DNA of 63,997 bases, filler included, from Licmophora abbreviata (Eukaryota), in NCBI GenBank assembly GCA_900291995.1. It is 12 parts of 12 records of this genome, joined end to end, with 100 filler letters (N's around TTAATTAATTAA, not from the genome) between each part and the next. Parts side by side here need not be neighbours in the genome. Positions count along the whole stretch, not along the records: positions 28,425 to 37,386 come from OLMU01002960.1; positions 37,487 to 40,288 come from OLMU01002962.1; positions 40,389 to 42,890 come from OLMU01002963.1; positions 42,991 to 44,936 come from OLMU01002964.1; 8 more parts are not named here. The stretch is one strand, 5' to 3'. The notes beneath the pieces are model-generated. The model saw only the letters and a program-made list of their open reading frames with translations, had not been told where the DNA came from and made no database searches. The position numbers were made by a program, and so were the translations under genes. Below are positions 33,914 to 45,036 of the stretch, in pieces; the first letter of the stretch is position 1, and every line of letters begins with the position of its first letter.

Positions 33914-35760
33914 ATGATGAACGAGGGCGGTAGATTGCTCGAAGAACAGCTGTTGGCACCGGCAACACCGGTCCCAAGTCACTCCTCCAGTAGAATCTAC
34001 ACTCCTCTGAGATACTTTTTCTCTCGCGACCAAGAACGAACTAACGAGAGCCACAATACTGATGGCGACAACGACGACGTACACGAATCACATCGGCCGC
34101 CGCACGTAGAAATACCATCAGGGTCTCGGCTGCCGCGGCTAAATGATACCGAGAACGACGACGACGACGACGAACCTCTGGTTGTCGATGAGATCATCCC
34201 TCCTGACGAAGAAGATGTGAATCAACGCTTGATACTTCGAATTCTGGGAAGGCCCTACGCGAACGACTGGTCCTTCTGGTGCGAAGCTTGGCCAAGATCG
34301 ATCATTCTGGGATTCCTTTTGTCACTGGCAATGCTAGGCCTGTTCGGCTCGCTAGATCGCTTGACAAAGTTGTGGTTTTCCGTTGACGATCTGTCATTAT
34401 TAGATCCTCATCGTCACCCAAGAGGAGAATGGAAGTGGCTCATCATTACGTCCAGTGGTGGTCTACTGTCTGGGCTCGTATTGCTGTTGCCCGGATCGCC
34501 AAGACTAGGTGCTGTTCGTACAATGTTTCATGACGCATCCGACTTGAAGGGGAATCCAGTAGAAGCTCCATTCGTGGTGGCTGCTTGTTTTGTTGCACTG
34601 GTCACAGGAGCGCCGCTGGGACCGGAAATGGCGTTGGGAGCGGTCGGAAGCGGTCTCGCGTCGGGAATCGCACGTTGCAAGAACAGTAATAGCAGTGCTA
34701 GTATCGGCGGCGATTGGAGGCGGCATGTGTCGTGAGCGGCATGGCGGGGGCTCTCGGAGCCTTGTTGCCTTCGCCACTCCTTGGAATACTGCTTGTTTAT
34801 GAGCTATCGGTTTCTAGCCGACCTGCTGGTACAACTCTAGATCAGGTTGTGTCAAGTAGTACGGCGCCTCGGGACGGTGATTCGATGGAGCAACTTACAC
34901 TGATGGGGACGGCAGCGACTGTTTCGTACGTTGTTCTTCGACTGGTCGTGCCGCCTGCCAATCTTCCATGGTCAAGTGCACTTGATTTTGGGGCGGACTA
35001 TGAAATGTGGCATCTCGCGGCGGCCATTCCCGTAGGTCTGGTTTGCGGGCTTCTTGGGAGCTTGATGATGATATTGCTAGGGCTTTTCCGCAGTGTTCGA
35101 CGCTTGACCTGCCGGGCGCTGCAGGAGCGATTCGGTTTTCCACTGTGGGCTGGCCGACTCTTGTTTCCCTTGGTGGCGGGTGTGCTTCATGGCTTGATGG
35201 CACTCCATAATCCATTCCTCGTGGGATCTGGAGCCCATTTGTTTGGAACATTGATATCGGGCTCGACACAACTGTCTCCTGGCTGGTTCTCGAAGACAGC
35301 GCTCTGCAAGGTGTTGTCGCTCAGCCTTTCTATAGGGTTTGGGCTCGCGGGAGGCCCCTTGATCCCAATGGCTTATGTGGGACTATGTAGCGGACTTGCC
35401 ATGTCAACACTTCTTCCGGTGGCAATGTCAGTGCCGTGCTGTATCTGCGCAGTTGTTTGCTCCTTTGTTCCCATCCCGTTTACTGCAGTCTTCACTGTCA
35501 CGCTTGGCTTCTCCTTGTCGTGTGAGCAGGTTGGACCGGTCTTCGTGTCTATCTTTGTGGCGTATACCCTCACTGGTGGACTCGGAATCATTCGAAAACT
35601 AGGCGAGAAGCGTTTGGGCTACACTGGCGGCGCCACTCCAGAAGACCTCGATGGACACAGCTGGATCGGCGACGAATCGGAATACTGGTACAGGAAGTTG
35701 CCTTCCGACAACAGCGTAGTTCGCGGTGTCCGTTCTACAATCTTTGGACACATGATATGA
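33914..35760 (+). CDS. CLC-family (voltage-gated chloride channel-like) membrane protein, frameshifted near 34700
   Basis: GAPLGPEMAL, GMAGALGALLPSP and GLAGGPLIP motifs spread over two overlapping frames. Confidence 0.75.
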
Positions 35761-35818
35761 CCGAGCTCTTCTATACTTTTTAACATGACTCATAGACTGC
35801 GGCGACATTGAAGCCGAT

Positions 35819-37303
35819 TTAACCATGTCCATGAGCCGACCCCGTGCCCGAAAGACTTGTCACTGCAGATCGCGTCAAGTATCGAAACTCGTCCTTTGTC
35901 ATGCCAACAGCCTCTATTGACGCAGGCAGATTAGCGACCGATAGCGGGTCTCTTCCATAGTTGACTTCTCCGACGAGTACAATTTCCAGCAGCACACAAG
36001 TCATGGCGCGCCACAACTTCGTGTCTAGCTTTGCCATTGGCTGTGAGTAGTCTAGCGTGCGCAAAACGTCAGACATCCGCTTCTCAGCATATCGTTTCGT
36101 CTCGACGGGTCGCTGAAGCTCCTGCAGACTCCGAGATAGATGCATCTTCAGAATAGCCATAAGACCGGCACACCGCGATGCCCCGACGTCACTCTGAACA
36201 ACTTGCGGTACCCAATCGTTTGGCGTTTCTGGTCGTCCCGACTCGCCGCGCCAGTGCTGGATCAGAGCGACCGCTTCTGGAGTTATCCATGACGAGAGTG
36301 GTGTCCACAATTTCATGAATGCTCTCGGTTCCGGTTCCGACACTTCCTCCTCCTCAGAGGCTCCGTGACCATGTAGAAAATCGAGCAAGTCGTCCTCACT
36401 ATCATCATAGGTGTCATAGGATTCCTCCACTTCATCGGTGATGTCTTCGTCCGCTCCATCCTCCACATTGACATTCTCCTTATCCTCAGTCACGTCCTCA
36501 TCAGTCGCAGGATCCACCGACTCACTTTTGTGCCGCATTTCCTGATAGTCTTCGGAAGTCATACATGAAAAGGAAACCTCAGCTTCAATCACTCTGGGTT
36601 GCTCGTCGTTCTTGACGGTATCAGAAGAGCATTCCCCTGATGCAGCGGCAAGAAGTTCAGACATGGAGGAAAGGATTAGTGGTTCGCTTGTTTCGTTCGT
36701 CGAATCAAACGTGACACCGCTTTCGTGAGGGCCGTCTGTAGGAATGTAACCGTCAACAGCCAGGGCACTTTGTTTGGAATCATCGTCAGCACCACTTCTA
36801 TGGATACGACTGAGGGGTATCGCCGGTTGAGCGAATCCTGATGGATCCCGTTCCACGACTGTGTCTTTCACAACAGCTGATGCCCGAGTAGAGGACTGGA
36901 GAGGCTCCATCTTTTCAGACAATTTAGCAGAAGTTCCATCCTTCGTCGGTTCATCAGAGCTGGTGTACTTGGGCTTTCGTAGGATACCCTTGGGGCGGCT
37001 ATCTGATGACGGTGGACGCGTTTCACGTATCGTCGTGTCGGCTCGTGATGCCGTTCCGAACGACACCTCGCTTTCATCATCGCGATTGCCTTCTGAAGCT
37101 TTCATCCTCTCTACATGATTCACACCTCTGGAAGCTACTTCATTATCAGCTCGTGACGGTGAAAGCCACGACTCGACTCGTTGTCTCGTGTGTTCCAGCA
37201 TGGCATCCAAGTCGTCGTCGTCGTCATGACCCGCGCTCTTTGTTGCCCGACTGACGACTCTTTTGGAGCGAATTTTCGGGCGAACGTGAGGTCGAGACTC
37301 CAT
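35819..37303 (-). CDS. Acidic hypothetical protein with C-terminus reminiscent of the RPAP2/Rtr1 C-terminal region
   Basis: 494-aa ORF; FMKLWTPLSSWIT and LRTLDYSQPMAKLDTKLW patterns. The RPAP2 resemblance is tentative. Confidence 0.55.
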   Translation of the reverse strand: MESRPHVRPKIRSKRVVSRATKSAGHDDDDDLDAMLEHTRQRVESWLSPSRADNEVASRGVNHVERMKASEGNRDDESEVSFGTASRADTTIRETRPPSSDSRPKGILRKPKYTSSDEPTKDGTSAKLSEKMEPLQSSTRASAVVKDTVVERDPSGFAQPAIPLSRIHRSGADDDSKQSALAVDGYIPTDGPHESGVTFDSTNETSEPLILSSMSELLAAASGECSSDTVKNDEQPRVIEAEVSFSCMTSEDYQEMRHKSESVDPATDEDVTEDKENVNVEDGADEDITDEVEESYDTYDDSEDDLLDFLHGHGASEEEEVSEPEPRAFMKLWTPLSSWITPEAVALIQHWRGESGRPETPNDWVPQVVQSDVGASRCAGLMAILKMHLSRSLQELQRPVETKRYAEKRMSDVLRTLDYSQPMAKLDTKLWRAMTCVLLEIVLVGEVNYGRDPLSVANLPASIEAVGMTKDEFRYLTRSAVTSLSGTGSAHGHG

Positions 37304-37819
37304 TGTGTGCGTTGTAGTACCGGTATGGTCAAGGACGGCAGCGACAAAAAGACAGGCATCAATGAGAGGATCCGAGCGGGATGAGANNNNNNNNNNNNNN
37401 NNNNNNNNNNNNNNNNNNNNNNNNNNNNNNTTAATTAATTAANNNNNNNNNNNNNNNNNNNNNNNNNNNNNNNNNNNNNNNNNNNNTGAGGAAGCGAAAT
37501 GCTAGATTTGTTCGCCGAGTCGCCGAGAGTCAAGATGCTCGAAGAGCTTCGTCGATGATTATGACGGTGTGTGGAGGGATAAGATATCCTCGTTATCGAA
37601 TGAATGTGACTTCAATGTTAAGACTGATGGTGGCTGACCTCTAGCTAGCTACTGACAACTTTAGCCACGCTCCACGATCAATTTCGCTCTCTATAGTAGA
37701 GAGAGAGACGAAGAAGAACTGGTTGCTTTGAACTTGTAGCGAGAGTGTTCCAGATGAGCGGAATTCAGATACTGTGGGGTGCCAGGATACGGTAAAAGTC
37801 GCTACCCACTTTTTACTTG

Positions 37820-38683
37820 CTAGCCTTCAGTCGGTAGCCCGTGCTTTCCCGAATACCCACTTACTTCGGACGGCTCCCACCCTTTCGACTGCAAGAAACC
37901 TTCACTGGGTTCCCAAACCTGTACGCCAAGCGGGTACACCACCGGCTCTCCACCCCCGCCACATGCTAAACTTACGTCGCCTTGAGGGCAGGTTGACGCT
38001 GATACGAGCAAATCAGTTTCTGCCAGGAACTCTATATAGTCTCCAATCTGGACTGGACTCGGTTTGGTAAAATACTGATGCGTGTCCTTCGTGAAACCAG
38101 TGCACATGAAAACGTTGAGCACGTCATGGACGTCCATTTCAGTAAGCCCGTCATGCAAGGCTTGTCGAGTTAGATTCGAATGACAACACGAGTTGGAGTT
38201 ACTCTGCGTCATTAGATAGTGCGTGTAGGGGTCACAGCGCGAACCAATTACGTCATGTACTCCGGCACCATCTTCGTCAAAGCCGTAGGCTATTGTATCA
38301 TTCACGATCGTAGCAAGCGGCCTCATATATGGCATGTTCGACCAAAGGCGGTCACCCGTCGTCAAATGCGTAGCGTGAATCTGGCGCGTTTTGGAAGAGA
38401 AGAAACGCTCCTCTGGATTGTGAAGCGACCAGCAATTCATATCGGCCACTTGGGGGCCCTTGGTACAGGTTATCCGCCAAACGCATCCCGCAGGAACTTT
38501 CCAAGATAGAGCATCTCGAGGAGGAATTTCCAAATCTTCTAGCAACGTAGCCTCGTCTGAAGCGACGACTGCCTTCAGGGCGTCGTACAAGGCATCGCCT
38601 CCCTTCTTTGGCGGTAAGTTTTCGACCGCATAGCACACTATAGGCTTGGTGGATCGAGCCAAGCTCCGTCGGTCTTGTTCCAT
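37820..38683 (-). CDS. DUF1989 (urea carboxylase-associated family) protein
   Basis: GPQVADMN, TGDRLWSN, HDVIGSRCDPY, CCHSNL, LNVFM and STCPQGD. A short upstream exon at 38858-38795 is possible. Confidence 0.88.
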   Translation of the reverse strand: MEQDRRSLARSTKPIVCYAVENLPPKKGGDALYDALKAVVASDEATLLEDLEIPPRDALSWKVPAGCVWRITCTKGPQVADMNCWSLHNPEERFFSSKTRQIHATHLTTGDRLWSNMPYMRPLATIVNDTIAYGFDEDGAGVHDVIGSRCDPYTHYLMTQSNSNSCCHSNLTRQALHDGLTEMDVHDVLNVFMCTGFTKDTHQYFTKPSPVQIGDYIEFLAETDLLVSASTCPQGDVSLACGGGGEPVVYPLGVQVWEPSEGFLQSKGWEPSEVSGYSGKHGLPTEG

Positions 38684-39122
38684 CAAGCCGCTGGTTCCAC
38701 TCACTCTGCCAAAAGATGCCCAGTCGGAATGGATTCAATTGCGTGGATGTGCATGAAGGTCTCTCGCACATTGAACATATCATAAAAGAACTACCTGCTG
38801 CCCACAGGTTCGTCGATGACGCTGAGTTTAAAAGTTCTCGCAGTTTCTCCGAATACATTTTTGAGTAGTCGTGTCGGCAGCAAGTCTTCTACGTTTATTG
38901 CCCTAGTATCTTTGCGTAGAACCAAAGTTCCGTGAAACTATCCTCACTTTTTGAGAAGTTTTCGGGTGCTTACGTACTTTGGCCGCCTCATCATCGTCGG
39001 AGAGCAAACGATCCATTCTTTTATCCCTCGCATCCCTCATAAGTTGAGAAAGATATTAGATATTTTAGTTTTTGTGAAAGATGTGCTCGATGGATACGCT
39101 TGAGACGGGTACGAAGAAGTAC

Positions 39123-40044
39123 ATGAGCCTCTACCCGGAGGGCTCGACGGACGGAGGTAAGATTCTGCGAAACCCTCGCTCACATGCGCCAAATAGTCAA
39201 TGTCAGCATATTCACTACTATCCATGATACTTTCTATTTATAATTGGCAGGTCTTCGCTTGGGAAATGTTGTCCCTGACTTCGCTGCAGATACCACTCAG
39301 GGCCACTGGGATTCGTTTCACTCGTGGAAGGAGGGCAAGTGGGCCATTCTTTTCTCGCACCCGGCGGATTTTACCCCGGTTTGTACGACCGAAATTGGCC
39401 GCCTTGCTCTCAAGTATGACGAGCTCACTTCTTTGGACTGCCTCATCGCGACGCTTTCGGTCGATCCCGTCAAGAGCCACGAAGACTGGCTCCGCGATGT
39501 TGTTGCTCATTGCGAAAACAAAGTGGAGGTAAAGTTTCCCATCATTGGAGATCCCGATCGCTCCATCTCGACGGCCTACGGCATGATTGATCCCGGTAGC
39601 AGCGACGAGCAGGCACTTCCTCTCACTATTCGTGCCGTGTTCATCATCAACCCGGACAACAAGCTCATGCTCTCGCTCAACTACCCCGCCTGTGTCGGAA
39701 GGAACATGGACGAAATTGTCAGGTACGCATTCCCCCCCCCCCCCCATGTGAATTCCTTTGATCATAAACTAGCACTCACATTCTTTCTTTTTTCTATCAG
39801 GTGCGTGAAAGCGTTGCAGCTTTCCTACAAGAAGTCGATTGCCACGCCGGCGAATTGGCCAAACAACCACGAGGAGATTGCGTTGGCGGATGGCACTCGC
39901 ACCTCCGCTTTCAAGGGCAGCGTTTTCTTGTTGCCCACCGTTTCGGACGAGGACGCCAAAACCAACTATCCGAACTTTCACACGTGTGAAGTCCCTTCCA
40001 ATATTCCCTACCTCCGTTTGGTGAAGGCCGACGAAGTCGAATAA
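39123..40044 (+). CDS. PRDX6: 1-Cys peroxiredoxin (Prx6) (exons 39123-39156, 39251-39722, 39801-40044)
   Basis: FSHPADFTPVCTTE, YPACVGRNMDEI and ATPANW. Confidence 0.93.
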
Positions 40045-40659
40045 GCCCTCTTACGGAGGAAAGGAGTTGGCACTCCACTGTCAGCCCCGTGGTCTTGATG
40101 CATTCTTTCACAAGTAGTGTCCTGTCCATAAAGTCATAGCATCCTGTCACGTAATCTTGTTTCGTGCACCTAGTTTAGAACGGTGTGGATGTTTCGTTGT
40201 AGATAGAAGTCAACACATCAACCAACCACAGTCCGCCCCGCCGTAAGGACGGACTGACATGTCAAAGGTCGCGCTCACTTCTAATTTCNNNNNNNNNNNN
40301 NNNNNNNNNNNNNNNNNNNNNNNNNNNNNNNNTTAATTAATTAANNNNNNNNNNNNNNNNNNNNNNNNNNNNNNNNNNNNNNNNNNNNTTGTAGATAGAA
40401 GTCAACACATCAACCATCAACCAACCACAGTCCCGCCCCGCCGTAAGGACGGACTGACATGTCAAAGGTCGCGCTCACTTCTAATTTCGCGCGGAAAACC
40501 TCTGAAGGAGACATCACGTCATAGCCACTCATCCATCACACCGAGCGGAAGAACAAACACAAGCGGCGGCGACGTCGTCGACACCTCTCTCGGAGACAGA
40601 CTATCAACATCAGCAGACAAAGGGGTAGCCTTATTGCCTCCGACTTTCTCGCGTTTACG

Positions 40660-41940
40660 ATGCCTCCTCAACACGAGAATACGGCTCTCATGAAAGAGCT
40701 GGAAGAGAATAATTCTTTTTTTGACGATTTGGTCGACATGTTCCCGGCGAAATTATACGTGGCAGGGAACTCGGGTAAGCTCTAGAGAAGATAGGCATGC
40801 GGCGCAGTCTGTGTCGCTCTTTGCTGATCAAATCTCTTACTTTATCTTACGTTAGGTGATGGGAAGTACAATCCCAAGTACTACAAGGGTCAGCACAAGG
40901 AGTCCAGCGAGGCTAGGAGGGCCCGCAACAAGGCTGCCAAGCGTGCCAAATTTGATCCGGAACAAGCCGAGACGACGCGCCAAGTCAAGCAACGTCTGGC
41001 CCGTGAAGCCGAACAAGGGGATGAAGAAGGAGATATGGAGATGGCTTCACCGCCTGTCCAATCGCCAGCGCTGGTGTCCCCTGCACCCAAGAGTCAAATT
41101 GCAGCATCCTTGTCGTCGTCGACCTCCACTCCTCCCAATACGACATCGTCTGCGTCGCGTATCGAATCGCTGCGTGCGAAGTTGCACGCCAAGCTGGCAG
41201 AAAAACGTGGTCAGCGTCCCTTGGATCCCAGCGTCGTGAGTAAACGTGCCGCTCGCCGTGCCGAGAAACAGCGTCGTCAAGAAGAAGCCAAGCGAAAGCG
41301 TAGCTCGTCTCAAGTAAACAAGAATGATAAGAACACCAACTACACTGTTGCGACAGAAAAGACAGAAGCCGACTTGGCGGCAGATCTAGCCCAAATTGAT
41401 TTCGGAAAACTGGCCGGACTGAATCAAACGCCCAAGAACTACGTCAACAATAAAAGTTTGGCAAATCTCAACAAGAAACAAAATCTCGAAAGAATGCTTG
41501 CTGATGCAGAAGAAAAGCGACAGCGACTGGAACAGTTGAAGCGCGGAAACGAGGAGGAAAAACTCAAGGCAGAGAAGCTGGTGTGGTCTGATACGCTGAA
41601 AGAGGCAAGCGGGGAACGCATCAAGGACGATGCTGCAAAAATCAAGAAGAGAATCAAGCACAAGGAGGCCAAAAAGAAAAAGTCAGCCAAGGCCTGGCAG
41701 TCTCGCAACGAACAGACCAAGGAGAAGATGGACGAACGACAGCGCATTCGATCTCACAATCTAGAGAAACGCAAACAAGGTGGTGCGACTGGCGCGAATC
41801 TTTCTAGTAAGCGCGCTGTCGATAAAGCAGAGGAAGACTCAAGAGGCAGTAGCCGTAGGCTGTCGCGTGCCGGGTTCGAGGGAAAGAAGCAAGAGTTTCT
41901 GAACAAAACGGGAAGCAAGAAGAAAACGACAAGCCAGTAG
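40660..41940 (+). CDS. SURF6: Surfeit locus 6 / Rrp14 ribosome biogenesis protein (exons 40660-40774, 40856-41940)
   Basis: FFDDLVDMFPAKLY, KRAKFDP, GERIKDD...KKKKSAKAW and RAGFEG. Confidence 0.88.
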
Positions 41941-41984
41941 CCTCCTAATGCCATTTGCTTTACGAAATACTTTCAATGATTTAT

Positions 41985-42602
41985 TCACCCAACGGTCACA
42001 CCACATACCGCCATTTTCATAGGTTCCGTCTTGTCGTCTGGTATCCATATCCCGTGTTTTTCATGCGGCGCCATATGCAGAAATGTTCCAGGACTCACTT
42101 TGTGGTCAACGCCATTGACTTGGATCACACCCGATCCTTCAATAACGTAAAAGAACTCGTGCATGGTGTCGTGCTCGTGCACCGGCATCATCGTCTAGGA
42201 GGAGTAACGCAGTGTTGAGGAAACACTCGATGAGGTCCGTAATGGGTCAGGGAGCATAAAATCTTCCAAAGCATGTGCCACACAACATCTCTAAAACTTG
42301 CGACTTACCTGTCCCGGTAGGAACGTCGCAATGCTATATCCCACAAAGTTGGGTACAGCAAAGGGTTCTAGCAGTTGTTGTTTGGTGATGGGTCGCCCGT
42401 TATCATCGATATGTGAGGTATTCCGAGTGGGCACGTCTTGCAGCCTAGTCACAATGCCATGCTGAGGACCAAGATCACGTTTCGACTTTTGAAAAAGAGA
42501 AGCGCCGACGATCAAACCAACAAAGAAGGATACTGCAATCTTGATGTTGATCGCCACTCCACCGGAGGTATTTTGGACTCGAAACGGGCCAGCGTTGCTC
42601 AT
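41985..42602 (-). CDS. Cupin-2 domain protein with N-terminal TM (exons 42602-42309, 42194-41985)
   Basis: HEHDTMHEFFYVIEGSG...PGTFLHMAPHEKHG cupin motifs. Confidence 0.8.
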
Positions 42603-43166
42603 GACGACGTGGTATGCAACGATACCAGAAGTAAGTCTCGATGTGGTCCACTCACCCCAGACCCACTGATCGCCCTTGCTTATCTTTCTGGAGGCAAGGC
42701 GACTCTGATTTTTCCATAGATACAACAACGATCTCAGGAGATCTTTAAAGCTCCGCCAGACTTCCCGTTGCTCGCGGTCATTCTGTGGCGCCGGTCATTC
42801 TCGCCATTCTCAAATTCTCCCCGTTGAACTTTTTTGGCGCGCCACTCAAAATATTCATTCCCGTGTTCGTCACAGACGGGACTTACTAAANNNNNNNNNN
42901 NNNNNNNNNNNNNNNNNNNNNNNNNNNNNNNNNNTTAATTAATTAANNNNNNNNNNNNNNNNNNNNNNNNNNNNNNNNNNNNNNNNNNNNCTCTCCGGGT
43001 TATGAGAGATCTGCTTTTCTCTTCTCTCTCGTCATCTCTCGTCTCGTCTCATCCATGCGTCATCAGCGAAATCACCATCGTCGTTGATGCTCTTGGCCTC
43101 TGGATGCCTAGATTTCACGAAACACACCCAATAGCAGTGATTATTGATTGCTAACTGACATTCCTG

Positions 43167-44908
43167 ATGAATCGGAAGCATAGCAAGCTTTTAACTTGGC
43201 TTGTATTCTGGCTGACATGGCGCACGGCGAGCGCATTGATGCAGTCGCTGTCAGCATCCACCAATCATCAGCTTGTACGCTACCGACGTCCCACGGTCGG
43301 GAAGATATGCACAGCACGGCGATCTGAGCAAAGTCGCGATGACGAAGAAAATAGTAAAGGACCGACATGGGGCGACTTGCTTCAGAAAGCCGACGAAGTG
43401 CGAAATCCAAGTCGGAGGGACTTGCTTCTGAAGTCGGGCGCAGCTGGACTTGTATCCGGTCTATTGGGACTCCGAACTTCAGCCAATGCATATGCTGACT
43501 TTAGCCAGAGCAGCATGGATAAGGATAAGGTAGTTCTTTCGACAGGAAGTGAAAACTATCCCACTAAATACGTGGGAGCATCCACCGATGCGGTCGTCAC
43601 TCCCTCGTCGTTCTCGCGTCAAGTCTGCGAAGACCCCGAAGCAAGACGGATTGCCATTTTTGAACGCAACGCACCCTCCGTCGTCTTTATTGACACGTTT
43701 ACCGAGCAGCGCGACGCATTTTCTACGAATGTGTACGTTTGAACATTATGCTGAGACGCGACCATTGTCATACAACCCACACTCACATTCTTTTCGTATA
43801 TCACCGCAGCATGGAGGTTCCACTGGGTGCCGGTAGTGGCTTTGTATGGGACGACCAGGGTCACATTGTTAGCAACTACCATGTTTTGCGGTCTGCTCGT
43901 TCAGCTCAGATTGCCATATTGACCAAGGTATTTCCGGATGGAGACGATGCAAAAGTCAAAAAGGTGTCGTCTCAGCAACCCACCGCATTCACGTCGATGC
44001 GACCAGGAAGCGATCCAAACTTGACCGAGTATACACGATCGGTATACAAGGCTCGTGTCGTGGGTGTCGATCCAAGCAAAGATGTAGCAGTTTTGAAGGT
44101 CGACGCTCCCGTGTTTGAATTGTTCCCCATTGAACTGGGCACTTCCAAAGGGCTTCGAGTGGGACAGCAAGCCTATGCCATTGGCAATCCGTTTGGTCTA
44201 GATCACTCGTTGACAGCTGGAATCATTAGCGGGATTGGCCGCGAAGTTAAGTCGCCATCAGGACGTCCTATTTCGAATGTCATTCAGACCGATGCTGCCA
44301 TCAACCCTGGAAACTCCGGTGGGCCGCTGTTGGACTCTTCGGGCAAAATGATTGGTATGAACACGGCTATATATTCACCTAGCGGCGGCAGCGCAGGTAT
44401 TGGCTTTGCCATTCCGGTCGATACTGTCAAGTACATAGTTGAGACGCTCATTCGCGACGGTAAAGTGGTTCGTCCGATCCTTGGCATCTCGTACCTTGAA
44501 TCGAAGCAGGCTCGCGCGCTGGGCATTACCAAGGGTGTCCTGGTGCTAGACGTACCCACGAAAAGTCCCGCGTACAAGGCTGGAATGCGAGGAACGCGAC
44601 GAACCGAGACGGGACTTGTTGAGATCGGTGACATTATCATCAAGGTGGAGGACGCTGCCATAAACACGGAAGCTGACCTCTTTCAAGCGCTTGAGGGCTA
44701 CAAACCTGGCGATATAGTTAGCGTCACCGTCACTCGAGTCGACTCGACGGGACAGGGCCTCAAGTCGAAGGAAGTTGTTCTTACCATCATGCTAAAGGCA
44801 AGTGCGGATGTCGCCGACGCATCGAATACGCCTTTCCCATACCGAATGAGCCCTATGAATGACGAGACTGAAGACGACGAATACTCTAGAATGTACATAT
44901 TACCTTGA
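43167..44908 (+). CDS. Deg/HtrA serine protease with PDZ, probably thylakoid-lumenal (exons 43167-43732, 43810-44908)
   Basis: GSGFVWD, SNYHV, DVAVLK and QTDAAINPGNSGGPL. Presequence has ASA-L, a twin-Arg SRRDLL and an ANA cleavage-like site. Confidence 0.92.
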
Positions 44909-45036
44909 CTGCTTATACTCGAGTAGCTCCTCCGAGNNNNNNNNNNNNNNNNNNNNNNNNNNNNNNNNNNNNNNNNNNNNTTAATTAATTAANNNNNNNN
45001 NNNNNNNNNNNNNNNNNNNNNNNNNNNNNNNNNNNN

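Noticed and set aside
37545..37640. Possible box C/D snoRNA (GATGATT...CTGA)
   Set aside because: Box C is imperfect, there is no terminal stem, and I found no convincing rRNA complementarity.
29282..40044. Bacterial contig or operon (CobW, pirin, AlkA, CLC, DUF1989, Prx)
   Set aside because: Mixed orientations, eukaryotic N-terminal extensions, spliceosomal introns in the flanking genes and no obvious compositional break.
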